DNA of 64,000 bases. It comes from an uncultured virus (IMG/VR IMGVR_UViG_3300028173_000008). Taxonomy: Duplodnaviria; Heunggongvirae; Uroviricota; Caudoviricetes. Both the position numbers and the translations under genes were made by a program. Each line of letters starts with the position of its first letter. Positions within the stretch are counted from its first letter, which is position 1. Of this stretch, positions 7,247 through 15,539 are shown one piece after another. Under the pieces are notes generated by a model. It was not told the DNA's origin, ran no database searches, and saw only the letters and a program-made list of their open reading frames with translations. The stretch lies in IMG/VR virus record IMGVR_UViG_3300028173_000008. One strand, 5' to 3'.

Positions 7247-7828
7247 ATGGGACGAAAGAGCCACATCTGGGACACACCCCCGGAACGCTTCCGCCAACTG
7301 GTACACACCCACACCACATGGAAAGGGCTCGCATTAGCCCTTGGGATGTCGATCTGTGGGGGGACATTCAAGACCATCCGTAAAAGGATCCAGCAAGATG
7401 GGTTGGACGATCATCATTTGCGAGAGGGGGCCTCAAAACGAGGTGGCCTTTTGGCCGCTAAGAAACAGGAGCAGCCCCTTTCAGAGATCATGGTGAAAGA
7501 TTCTTCCTACTCACGGTACCACCTAAAGGCCCGTCTACTGCGAGACAGGGTGTTGGAAAACAAGTGTGCCATGTGCGGTCTCGATCCTGTTTGGGAAGGA
7601 GATCCCCTCGTGATGGTTCTTGACCACATAAACGGGGAACCCCAAGACCACCGGGCAGGGAATCTGAGGTTGGTCTGCCCCAACTGCAACTCACAGCTTC
7701 CAACCTTTGCAGGTCGGAAAACGAAAAAGGGCGAGGTTCTTTGTGTGGACTGCGGGACACCCATCCACACAAGAAGTACCAGATGTCGTTCATGTAGCGG
7801 CAGGCATCGTTATTTTACTGGGGAGTAA
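7247..7828 (+). CDS. HNH endonuclease
   Basis: CAMCG..LDHING..D.R..NLRLVCPNCNSQ. Confidence 0.9.
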   Translation: MGRKSHIWDTPPERFRQLVHTHTTWKGLALALGMSICGGTFKTIRKRIQQDGLDDHHLREGASKRGGLLAAKKQEQPLSEIMVKDSSYSRYHLKARLLRDRVLENKCAMCGLDPVWEGDPLVMVLDHINGEPQDHRAGNLRLVCPNCNSQLPTFAGRKTKKGEVLCVDCGTPIHTRSTRCRSCSGRHRYFTGE

Positions 7829-7891
7829 CTCAACTGGCAGAGTGCCGTCCTCTGAAGGCGGATGTTGTGGGTTCGAGTCCCACCTCCCCAG
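7819..7891 (+). tRNA. tRNA-Gln(CTG), cassette cargo
   Basis: cloverleaf; ORF stop TAA = positions 8-10. Confidence 0.9.
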
Positions 7892-7962
7892 CCCATAGGT
7901 TGAAGGTTCAAGTCCTTCTGCCCCAGCTATGGCGGGACGCACAGGCAGTGCAGGCCGTCTAA

Positions 7963-8035
7963 CGCAGTGTAGCTCAACAGGTAGAGCGCTGGTCTCATAA
8001 GCCGGAGGTTCCCGGTTCAATTCCGGGCACTGCGA
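7963..8035 (+). tRNA. tRNA-Met(CAT)
   Basis: cloverleaf. Confidence 0.85.
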
Positions 8036-8050
8036 CTACAGCGGTACTAG

Positions 8051-8124
8051 GGCGACGTAGCCAAGTTGGTTAAAGCACTGGTCTGCAAAACCAGAGATCC
8101 CCGGTTCGAATCCGGGCGTCGCCT
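8051..8124 (+). tRNA. tRNA-Cys(GCA)
   Basis: cloverleaf, U73. Confidence 0.9.
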
Positions 8125-8197
8125 CTTTTCGGACGGTAGCTCAGTGGTAGAGCTTCGGTAGCTCTCCTATCAGGAGTCTCATGGTAGGAGGTGGGCT

Positions 8198-8545
8198 GTG
8201 ACAACCATCGTGAAATGTGAGCAGTGCGGCAGGGAGTACGTCCCGGACAGGAAAAAGGGACACCGTGGAACCCTTTGCAACTCTTGTGTGGTCAACACCA
8301 GGAGAGCAAGCGTAAAGGAAAAGGCAGTCTCCTACAAAGGAGGGGCGTGCGCCATCTGCGGTTACGACCGGTGTGCGAGAGCCTTGGGGTTCCACCATAA
8401 GGACCCTGCCAAGAAGGATTTTCCTCTTGGGGCCAACTACACGAGGTCGTGGGACAAACTGAAGGTGGAGTTGGATAAGTGCATCCTCCTCTGCGCCAAC
8501 TGTCACGCTGAAGTTCATGATGGGATGGTTGAACTCGGGGGGTAG
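8198..8545 (+). CDS. HNH endonuclease
   Basis: YKGGACAICGY..ALGFHHKDP..ELDKCILLCANCHAEVH. Confidence 0.9.
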   Translation: MTTIVKCEQCGREYVPDRKKGHRGTLCNSCVVNTRRASVKEKAVSYKGGACAICGYDRCARALGFHHKDPAKKDFPLGANYTRSWDKLKVELDKCILLCANCHAEVHDGMVELGG

Positions 8546-8608
8546 CTCAGTGGCTAGAGCGAACGGCTGATAACCGTTAGGGCGAGGGTTCGAGTCCCTC
8601 TCTCCCGA
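8536..8608 (+). tRNA. tRNA-Ile(GAT), cassette cargo
   Basis: cloverleaf; ORF stop TAG = positions 8-10. Confidence 0.9.
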
Positions 8609-8752
8609 CTTTTACTACCGTGGGGCCGGAGGTTCGAATCCTCCTCGTCCGACCAGTAGGGAAAGGTGGCGGTCTGAGAGCCTGCCGGGTTCTGCAAGGC
8701 CCAATGGTTCAACGTCTGTTGCAGCAGGCCCCGTGCGCCGCCCTGCGTTCAT

Positions 8753-8822
8753 GCCCTCGCCCGTGGATCGGGGCTTTGGTCTTCTAAACCGGAGGTCGAG
8801 GGTTCGATTCCTTCCGGGGGCG
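8753..8822 (+). tRNA. tRNA-Arg(TCT), shortened D arm
   Basis: acceptor, anticodon and T arms canonical. Confidence 0.7.
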
Positions 8823-8881
8823 CTAGTTTGTCTATGGGCAGGGGATGGTAGAGTGGATCGACTCCACGAGGAGATACCGTC

Positions 8882-10054
8882 ATGGGCTACAACGTCCCCG
8901 AACCTTACGCCTCGCTCCTTGCCACGTACCCCGACGTAGCGAACGTCAAGTACGTGTCCCCACCGGATGCTAACCATCTGGAGGGAACGGGGGACGGCTC
9001 ATTGGTCAACCCGTACAGGGGCATCCAGACGGCCATCGATGCTTTTCCGCCCACAGAGATGCCTCCGCCTGACCCGGCGGACATGGGCCCAGAGGATCTG
9101 GTCAACCTGTTCCGGTTCATCGTCGTCAATTCGGGTGTGTACGACGAGAGCCCCATTATCACAGAGGCAGGGCTCTGGTCCTTTCAATCAGCAGGGCAGG
9201 TCCTGCTGATCTCCCCTGTGGCTTTCGCTTACCTGTGGGATCCTGAGCACGAGCCGCCCCCGTCCATTGACGACATGCGGTTCTTCCACCTGAACCCGGA
9301 TGAAACCAAGCTTGACGCTTGGGGCATGTTCATCTTGGACATTCAGCCCCTCTACGGTGCCCCGAAAGACAAGATGATCGGCGGCATCGGCAGGAACGGC
9401 AGCACCGGGGGTCTGCAGATGTGGACCCTTATGGGCGGGATCGTCTACGAGGTGGAAGCACCCCTCGGTGGCTGGACGCACACCCCGTCGCCGTCCATTA
9501 GCTTGAAAGATGTCTACGGCCTGGTACTCGTCCCTGGAGAGAACGGGGATTGGGAAGCCGACATCAACATCGACTGTGACCGAGTCTCGTTCAACTACTT
9601 CGAAGTCCTGGGGCTGGAGAAGTACGACGTCGAGATCCTCAACTCCGCCTTCAGTGGCCTTGAGCAGTACTCTGGACCTGGTGCCCCTATCTACACGCAG
9701 ACCTGCCGGTTCTGGGCCAGCAACTGCAACATCACGGGCGACGTGTTCGTGGCAGACGCCGACATCGTGTTCGACCACGTTTCCATGAGCGGTGGAGACC
9801 TGATTTTCAGGACCTACTGGTCCATCCTGGACTGCAACCTGGACGTCAACGAGTGGGAACACACACAGTCCCCGTCGGGATCGGTCATCATCAACACCTA
9901 CTTCGACGTGAACTCGTGGGGTGCGGCCCTTCCCCTGAACGCCCTGAACGTCTGCGCCACCACCTGTGCGATGAGCAGTTCGGCCCTGTCCAGCTTGCCC
10001 GTCCCACATAGCAACTACGCATCAGTCACGAACAGCGTCGTGATCCCCCCGTAA
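8882..10054 (+). CDS. acidic hypothetical protein (possibly beta-helix/virion)
   Basis: 390-aa ORF with GGAG RBS; GDGSLVNPY..IQ.AIDA motif. Confidence 0.7.
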   Translation: MGYNVPEPYASLLATYPDVANVKYVSPPDANHLEGTGDGSLVNPYRGIQTAIDAFPPTEMPPPDPADMGPEDLVNLFRFIVVNSGVYDESPIITEAGLWSFQSAGQVLLISPVAFAYLWDPEHEPPPSIDDMRFFHLNPDETKLDAWGMFILDIQPLYGAPKDKMIGGIGRNGSTGGLQMWTLMGGIVYEVEAPLGGWTHTPSPSISLKDVYGLVLVPGENGDWEADINIDCDRVSFNYFEVLGLEKYDVEILNSAFSGLEQYSGPGAPIYTQTCRFWASNCNITGDVFVADADIVFDHVSMSGGDLIFRTYWSILDCNLDVNEWEHTQSPSGSVIINTYFDVNSWGAALPLNALNVCATTCAMSSSALSSLPVPHSNYASVTNSVVIPP

Positions 10055-10057
10055 CCT

Positions 10058-10130
10058 GCCCCAGTAGCTCAGTGGATAGAGCATCGGTCTCCTAAACCGA
10101 GGGCCGCAGGTTCGATTCCTGCTTGGGGCA
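10058..10130 (+). tRNA. tRNA-Arg(CCT)
   Basis: cloverleaf. Confidence 0.92.
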
Positions 10131-10164
10131 CTCCCTTCAACAGCACCGCAACAAGGAGAACACC

Positions 10165-10218
10165 ATGGTACTTCGTCTCAAACAGCCGCCGACCCCCATT
10201 CGTTTACTGGGCCGGTAG
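10165..10218 (+). CDS. 17-aa mini-ORF MVLRLKQPPTPIRLLGR ending inside tRNA-Lys
   Basis: AAGGAG RBS; TAG = tRNA positions 8-10. Confidence 0.45.
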   Translation: MVLRLKQPPTPIRLLGR

Positions 10219-10284
10219 CTCAACTGGATAGTCAGCAAGCGGCTTTTAACCGCTAGGTTCCGGGTTCAAGTCCCGGTCGGCCCA
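10209..10284 (+). tRNA. tRNA-Lys(TTT)
   Basis: cloverleaf. Confidence 0.88.
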
Positions 10285-10289
10285 CTATT

Positions 10290-10363
10290 GCGGACGTAGC
10301 CAAGAGGTAAGGCATCGGGCTTCCACCCCGTGAGCGCCGGTTCGATTCCGGTCGTCCGCTCCA
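10290..10363 (+). tRNA. tRNA-Gly(TCC)
   Basis: cloverleaf, CCA. Confidence 0.9.
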
Positions 10364-10404
10364 CCAACAGGGCTTAGGTAGTTCCTCTATTGCGTAGACA
10401 CCCA

Positions 10405-10772
10405 TGGGTAGGATGTCAGCCTCGGTGAAGCTGGGTACGCAGTGGAGGGGCACAAAACGACGCCTGCACCGCCCGTGAGATAGGCCCAAACGGGGAACCG
10501 TCAACCGGGGAGGGGGTGGAAGTCCTCTTGACCCGCCCGGAAGGGTCCTGCGTTGAGCCGTCATCTTGAGGGCGGCCTTGAAGGGCAGCGTAGGTACACC
10601 CCCTGAAGGACGCCCTTTGGCTGGTGCTTGGACTGGCCCCTGTGGATGAGGGTTTGTATCAACCAAGCTGGAAGCGGAGTACTCGTCCCCATTGTTGAAT
10701 CCCACCTTCGGGTGCGGTACTGGACGAGCCGGAAGTACCCCATGGCACGGCGTACTTCCGGCTGTGGGCGTG
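10405..10772 (+). ncRNA. ~370 nt structured non-coding RNA
   Basis: directly after a GGCTTAG promoter; 12-bp AGCCGGAAGTAC/GTACTTCCGGCT helix; no credible ORF. Confidence 0.5.
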
Positions 10773-10773
10773 A

Positions 10774-10845
10774 GGGCGTATAACTCAGCGGAAGAGTGCC
10801 GTCTTGACAAGGCGGAAGTCCCTGGTTCAATCCCAGGTACGCCCA
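10774..10845 (+). tRNA. tRNA-Val(GAC)
   Basis: cloverleaf. Confidence 0.9.
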
Positions 10846-10862
10846 CTGAATCGGAGGGCTAG

Positions 10863-11048
10863 GTGACGAACAAGGACAAGTGGTTCGCAACCTGTATGGT
10901 GTTGATGCTTGTGACAGGCTTCGGTCTTGTGGGGCTTGGCCTCGACTCAACGCTGGCATCGATCTTTGAGGTGGCCGCAGCCGCCATCTGGCTCTTTGGA
11001 GTTCCGAAAGTCAGCCGTAGAGCACACCAGTACATCTACGGCAGGTAG
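10863..11048 (+). CDS. small membrane protein
   Basis: GGAGG RBS, two hydrophobic segments. Confidence 0.6.
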   Translation: MTNKDKWFATCMVLMLVTGFGLVGLGLDSTLASIFEVAAAAIWLFGVPKVSRRAHQYIYGR

Positions 11049-11054
11049 TTTTGG

Positions 11055-11126
11055 CGCGGGGTAGGGAAGTGGCATCCTCCTTGGCTCATAACCAAGGGAT
11101 CGGCGGTTCAAGTCCGCCCCCCGCAA
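11055..11126 (+). tRNA. tRNA-fMet(CAT)
   Basis: CGCGGGG start, C1:A72 mismatch. Confidence 0.8.
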
Positions 11127-11273
11127 CCTCTCGGGCAATCTGACTCGGCCCGTAAGCCCGCCCCACGTCCCCGTCAGGGTGACGAGCACCCGAAAGGGTA
11201 GGGCAACAGGAGCAGACCGTGGGAAGACGCTTTGTACAGCGTCGGAATGCGTCCCGGAGGGACGCCCCACCGT

Positions 11274-11345
11274 GCGGGTGTAGTTCAGGGGTAGAACGTC
11301 AGCTTCCCAAGCTGGATGTCGTGGGTTCGAATCCCATCACCCGCT
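11274..11345 (+). tRNA. tRNA-Gly(CCC)
   Basis: cloverleaf. Confidence 0.92.
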
Positions 11346-11349
11346 CTAT

Positions 11350-11422
11350 GGGGCCTTAGCTCACTTGGGAGAGCGCCGCTTTTGCAAGGCGGAGGTAGCC
11401 GGTTCGATCCCGGCAGGCTCCA
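11350..11422 (+). tRNA. tRNA-Ala(TGC)
   Basis: cloverleaf, G3:U70. Confidence 0.92.
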
Positions 11423-11425
11423 CTA

Positions 11426-11480
11426 TGGGGAGGGCGGGGTGGTCAGGCCCGAAAGGGAGCAGCCATCCTGACCCTACCCA
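11426..11480 (+). ncRNA. ffs: minimal SRP (4.5S) RNA, helix 8 domain
   Basis: GGTCAGGCCC-GAAA-GGGAGCAGCC matches helix-8 GGUCAGGUCCGGAAGGAAGCAGCC; closed by TGGG..CCCA. Confidence 0.85.
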
Positions 11481-11534
11481 CCAGGCTTAGCCTCCCGTTC
11501 ACCTGTGTTGAAGAGGTGGACGACGGAGGACGAC

Positions 11535-11981
11535 ATGAGCGTTACATTTTGGTGCCCCGAAGCTCCCCGAGAGGCCATCGAGACCCCTTGCTGGGGCGAG
11601 TGCGACGAAACCTGCCCCATGTGTCACGGCACCAACGTGACCACGGAACAGGTCAGCCCGCACGAGATGAACCTCGCCAACGCCAACGCCTACAACATCC
11701 TCCTCGCCTTGGGTGTCCAGAGTGACGAATCCATGTGCGGCGGGTGGGAGACCCCCGAGGACATCCGCACCATCAGGGCGGCGATCCTCAAGGCCCGCAA
11801 CGTGACAGGCCGCAGGGAAGGGGCACACCGAGACGCCGAATCCTACGGCGGGCCGGGAACTGGAACCTGCCGGGTCGTTTCGCAGGGCTACACCGACGAG
11901 CAGGTACTCGACCGGCTGACCCGGTTGGACAAGCTCCTCGCCTACGCTTTGGAGAACAGTCACCGGGTGGTTTGGGGATGA
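11535..11981 (+). CDS. hypothetical protein (Zn ribbon)
   Basis: GGAGG RBS, CxxC motifs. Confidence 0.7.
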   Translation: MSVTFWCPEAPREAIETPCWGECDETCPMCHGTNVTTEQVSPHEMNLANANAYNILLALGVQSDESMCGGWETPEDIRTIRAAILKARNVTGRREGAHRDAESYGGPGTGTCRVVSQGYTDEQVLDRLTRLDKLLAYALENSHRVVWG

Positions 11982-12556
11982 GTGCTCACCGTGAGCGTGT
12001 GAAAATGCTCAAGCGGGTCAACGCCCACCAGCAAGTCAACGACCCCTTCTGGTTGTCCGGCTACACCGACGGAAGCCACCATCCCGACACAGGGAAGGGC
12101 GGCGTGGGCCTGTGGGTACGGGACAACGAGACCCGAATCCTCAAGGCTATACCGACCCCTCCGTGGGCTGTGAACTCCAACCTCGTGGAACTGTTCGGGG
12201 TCTGCGCCGCCATTGAGACGGCCCTGACGGAACTCACACAGGAAGCCAACATCCTCGTCATCAAGACGGACAGCCAGAGCACGGCCAACTGGTTCGGCTG
12301 GCAGGGCAACAAGTCCGTACCGAAGCAGCCTGAAGCCCTCGAGATGATGCAGCACGTCCTAGAGCTTGCCACCGACCGCCGAGTGAAGGTGGTCGTCAAG
12401 TGGGTGAAGGGACACCAAGGCACGGGCAGCGTCGTGGGCTACTTGAACAACCGGGTCGACAAGATGGCCCGTGATGCACGACTGAAAGGTGTACCCTCTC
12501 GCTGGTCCTGCCGGGTCAACGAGGAACGCAAGCAAGGGCCTGTAGCTCAACGGTAG
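11978..12556 (+). CDS. rnhA: ribonuclease HI
   Basis: YTDGS, NSNLVEL, KTDSQ, KWVKGH, NNRVDKMA. Confidence 0.85.
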   Translation: MSAHRERVKMLKRVNAHQQVNDPFWLSGYTDGSHHPDTGKGGVGLWVRDNETRILKAIPTPPWAVNSNLVELFGVCAAIETALTELTQEANILVIKTDSQSTANWFGWQGNKSVPKQPEALEMMQHVLELATDRRVKVVVKWVKGHQGTGSVVGYLNNRVDKMARDARLKGVPSRWSCRVNEERKQGPVAQR

Positions 12557-12608
12557 AGCCTCCCGCTCATAACGGGACGGTCGACGGGTTCGACTCCCTC
12601 CGGGCCCA
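12536..12608 (+). tRNA. tRNA(CAT), probably Ile2
   Basis: GGGCCTG acceptor typical of Ile2; overlaps rnhA end. Confidence 0.75.
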
Positions 12609-12658
12609 CTAGCCCCTAAACAGCAAGCAGCAGGGTAGGATAAGGCAGGAGGTGCCTC

Positions 12659-12898
12659 ATGCCGGATCTACCCTACGTGATGCTCACTGGACTCATCCTC
12701 ATGCTGGTCGGTGTTCCCCTCTGGATGTACCGCTCAGAGAAGAAGAAGGTGGAGGCCGGGTGTTGCGGGAAGCCGTGGATCTCCTACTGCCGTGACTCAC
12801 AGGGCGGCATCGGCTTGAACTGTCAGGAGTGCGACAACGGCACTTGGGTATCCTACTACCGCAAGGGCTTCGTTGAGGGCGAACAGCAACCATTCTAG
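12659..12898 (+). CDS. small membrane-anchored protein
   Basis: GGAGG RBS, N-terminal TM. Confidence 0.6.
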   Translation: MPDLPYVMLTGLILMLVGVPLWMYRSEKKKVEAGCCGKPWISYCRDSQGGIGLNCQECDNGTWVSYYRKGFVEGEQQPF

Positions 12899-12968
12899 GC
12901 TCGTAGCTCAGTGGGAGAGCGCCTGCTTCACACGCAGGAAGTCCCCGGTTCAAAACCGGGCGGGCCTA
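12897..12968 (+). tRNA. tRNA-Val(CAC)
   Basis: cloverleaf. Confidence 0.9.
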
Positions 12969-12986
12969 CTTTGAAGGAGGGCTAAC

Positions 12987-13514
12987 ATGGAAAGCACACG
13001 CAGAGGGTTCCTTGCAGGAGCCGCTGGAGTCACAGGTTGGCTCCTGTTCGGCAAGGGTGCCGAAGCCGCAGCGAAGGCCGAGGGCAACCGTGTCCTGCGG
13101 GAGTTCGATGAGGACGTTGAGGGGTTTCCGCATCACGTCATCGAGATGCAGTTGACCTACGACAACCCGATGCTCCAGTTCGACGTGCCACTGCCGGACT
13201 CGGACTTCGATGGCCTACAGATCAGCATCCCAAGGCGTCAGACGGTGGGCCGCCACACGGCGACGGAGCTTGTGGACTACCACAAGCGGAGCCAACCCGA
13301 CGGTGACATCTGGGGGATCATCCGCCAGCGTGTACCCCAGATGGCACAGGCGAGGGTGAAGAATCCCGCCTACGGCGACCACAAGATGCACATCGCCACG
13401 GTGGTGTGCCACTGCCCGAGCGGGATCGAGGTGGGCATGACGGTGTTGCCCGTAGGCGTGACCGTCGAGGACATGCACCTGACCATCCCGGCAACGCTGT
13501 TGCCGCAGTCCTGA
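12987..13514 (+). CDS. hypothetical protein with Tat-like signal
   Basis: STRRGFLAG. Confidence 0.7.
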   Translation: MESTRRGFLAGAAGVTGWLLFGKGAEAAAKAEGNRVLREFDEDVEGFPHHVIEMQLTYDNPMLQFDVPLPDSDFDGLQISIPRRQTVGRHTATELVDYHKRSQPDGDIWGIIRQRVPQMAQARVKNPAYGDHKMHIATVVCHCPSGIEVGMTVLPVGVTVEDMHLTIPATLLPQS

Positions 13515-13532
13515 CAACGCACAAGGCTCCAA

Positions 13533-13608
13533 GGGCGAGTAGCGCAGTGGAAGTAGCACCGGCTTTACAAGCCGTAGGTCGTGGGTTCAATCCCCACCTC
13601 GCCCACCA
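13533..13608 (+). tRNA. tRNA-Val(TAC)
   Basis: cloverleaf, CCA. Confidence 0.85.
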
Positions 13609-13647
13609 TTCAGGCTTAGCCGGACGCCCGTCCGTGTAGAGAACCTC

Positions 13648-13953
13648 ATGAAGCAGGAAACCCAAGAGTGCCCCCTGTGCCACCGTGACTGCCCACAGGC
13701 GATCATGACGGAGCACCACTTGAAGACCCGCAGGGTGGACAAGGACGACACGGCGATGCTGTGCCGGGAGTGCCACAAGACGGTACACGGGCTCTTTGAC
13801 AACAAGGAACTACGGGACTCGTCCAGAGGGCTGGACACGGTCGAGGGGCTGCTTGCAGACCCCTTGATCCGAAAGGCCCTCTCCCACATCAGGAAGCTCC
13901 CGCCCGGTCAGTTCATGCGGATGTATCGGGCCGGACGCCGCAAGAAGCGCTAG
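13648..13953 (+). CDS. small HNH-like protein
   Basis: CPLCHR..TEHHL..LCRECHKTVH. Confidence 0.75.
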   Translation: MKQETQECPLCHRDCPQAIMTEHHLKTRRVDKDDTAMLCRECHKTVHGLFDNKELRDSSRGLDTVEGLLADPLIRKALSHIRKLPPGQFMRMYRAGRRKKR

Positions 13954-13969
13954 ACACCAATCCAAACAT

Positions 13970-14043
13970 GCCCCGGTAGCTCAGTGGATTAGAGCACACC
14001 CCTGCGGAGGGTGGGGTCGGAGGTTCGAATCCTCTCCGGGGTA
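13970..14043 (+). tRNA. tRNA-Arg(GCG)
   Basis: cloverleaf. Confidence 0.88.
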
Positions 14044-14103
14044 CTTGTGCGCCCGTAGCTTTATGGTTTCTCCTCCGGTATTATCCGGGCAACAGGAGGA
14101 ACC

Positions 14104-14616
14104 ATGCCAACCTGCAAGAAATGTGGTGTCTCATTCCCCAACAGGATAACGGTTGAGGGGGGCAGGCGAAACATCTCCAGACGGAAATTCTGCCTGACAT
14201 GTTCCCCTTGGGGGTCTCGAAACCGAAAAGACCTGAGTGCCCCCTCGATTACCAGCGGAGTGAAAACCTGCCCTCGGTGTGGGGACGTGAAGGAACTCAC
14301 TGAGTTCTACACCAGACGGAGAGGTAAGGAGTCCGAGCCTTCCTCCTACTGTAAGGCATGCGCCGCAGAGGAAGCACGGGGACGTATGCGGGCATTGAAA
14401 GCCCGTTGCGTTGAGTACAAGGGAGGCGGGTGCCGGGTTTGTGGGTACTCGAAAAGCCTCGCTGCGTTGGATTTCCATCACAGGGATCCCAAGGAGAAAG
14501 GTTACGGGATTTCGCAGATCCGAGGTTGGAAATTCGAACGGGTAAAGGAAGAATTAGATAAATGTGACCTTCTGTGTCGGAATTGCCACTCAGAGGTTCA
14601 TGACGAGGCCCTGTAA
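14104..14616 (+). CDS. HNH endonuclease
   Basis: YKGGGCRVCGY..ALDFHHRDP..ELDKCDLLCRNCHSEVH. Confidence 0.9.
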   Translation: MPTCKKCGVSFPNRITVEGGRRNISRRKFCLTCSPWGSRNRKDLSAPSITSGVKTCPRCGDVKELTEFYTRRRGKESEPSSYCKACAAEEARGRMRALKARCVEYKGGGCRVCGYSKSLAALDFHHRDPKEKGYGISQIRGWKFERVKEELDKCDLLCRNCHSEVHDEAL

Positions 14617-14679
14617 CCCAGTGGATAGGGTGCCTGACTTCGAATCAGGTTGTCGCAGGTTCGAGTCCTGCCAGGGCCA
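14607..14679 (+). tRNA. tRNA-Arg(TCG), cassette cargo
   Basis: cloverleaf; ORF stop TAA = positions 8-10. Confidence 0.9.
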
Positions 14680-14716
14680 TCAGGTTGGGAGTTCGAATCT
14701 CCCCGGGCGTTCTTTT

Positions 14717-14793
14717 CAGGGGGTAGCTCAGTCTGGCAGAGTCCCGGCCTTGGACGCCGGTTGTCGCGGGTTCGAATCCCGCCTCCCTGACCA
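14717..14793 (+). tRNA. tRNA-Pro(TGG)
   Basis: cloverleaf, CCA. Confidence 0.92.
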
Positions 14794-14893
14794 GCCGTAG
14801 GAAAAGCGTTGATCACGTATTGTTCAGATAGGAGTATGAGGGGGAGTGCCATGACCGGCATGTCGTAATCAACAACCCTCCGAGGAGGCGGAG

Positions 14894-15439
14894 ATGGAAA
14901 CCTTGGTTTTGAGTCAGAGTTACACGCCGATAAGCCGAGTCCCGTGGCAGAAGGCCATCACATGGGTCGTGCTGGATCGTGCCGAAGTCGTAGAAGAGTA
15001 CGACGAGGCCCAGATCCGCTCCGCCTACAAGGTCTTCCCGATGCCGTCGGTTATCCGTCTGCTCCACAACGTGACTGGCTTGTTCCGCAAGGGTGCGAAG
15101 TTCAACCGCAAGAACGTATGGCTCCGTGACAAGGGGAAGTGCCAGTACTGCGGGACCAAGGTCTCCATGTCTGACTTCACGTTCGACCACGTCGTGCCCC
15201 AGTCCAAGGGCGGGCGCACCAAGTGGGAGAACATCGTCGTGGCCTGCTACAAGTGCAACCAGCGGAAGGGTGACCTCACCTTGGAGAAGGCACGGATGCG
15301 CCTGCGTGTCCCGCCGGTAAAGCCGAGGTCGCTGCCCGGTATGGCGTTCCCGACGTTGACGTGGGGAGACAAGATGCCGGAGACGTGGAAGGACTACCTC
15401 GGCTCCTACAGCTACTGGAACCAGTCCCTCAAGGAATGA
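14894..15439 (+). CDS. HNH endonuclease (McrA-like)
   Basis: LRDKGKCQYCG..TFDHVVPQSKGG..WENIVVACYKCNQRKG. Confidence 0.9.
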   Translation: METLVLSQSYTPISRVPWQKAITWVVLDRAEVVEEYDEAQIRSAYKVFPMPSVIRLLHNVTGLFRKGAKFNRKNVWLRDKGKCQYCGTKVSMSDFTFDHVVPQSKGGRTKWENIVVACYKCNQRKGDLTLEKARMRLRVPPVKPRSLPGMAFPTLTWGDKMPETWKDYLGSYSYWNQSLKE

Positions 15440-15444
15440 CCTGG

Positions 15445-15477
15445 CCGGGGTCGGATTCGTCCGACCCCGGTTTCTTT
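15445..15477 (+). terminator. intrinsic terminator
   Basis: CCGGGGTCGGA-TTCG-TCCGACCCCGG-TTTCTTT. Confidence 0.8.
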
Positions 15478-15539
15478 CCTCTACTACCATCGGCTTAGCC
15501 GCCCTACTTCTAGGGTAGAGTCCCATGAGGAGGTGCTGC

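Larger units (their letters stand above)
7183..7926 (+). mobile_element. split tRNA (Gln-type) interrupted by HNH + tRNA-Gln cassette
   Basis: 5' half TGGGGCA..D arm 7183-7212; 3' half T arm + TGCCCCA-G 7895-7926. Confidence 0.85.
8130..8655 (+). mobile_element. split tRNA interrupted by HNH + tRNA-Ile cassette
   Basis: 5' half CGGACGG..D arm; 3' half T arm + TCGTCCG-A-CCA 8617-8655. Confidence 0.85.
14049..14711 (+). mobile_element. split tRNA (Arg-type) interrupted by HNH + tRNA-Arg cassette
   Basis: 5' stub GCGCCCGTAGCT; 3' half T arm + CGGGCGT 14680-14711. Confidence 0.8.

Noticed and set aside
14836..14868. uORF MRGSAMTGMS before the HNH as a third attenuator
   Set aside because: No terminator follows and there is no informative codon bias.
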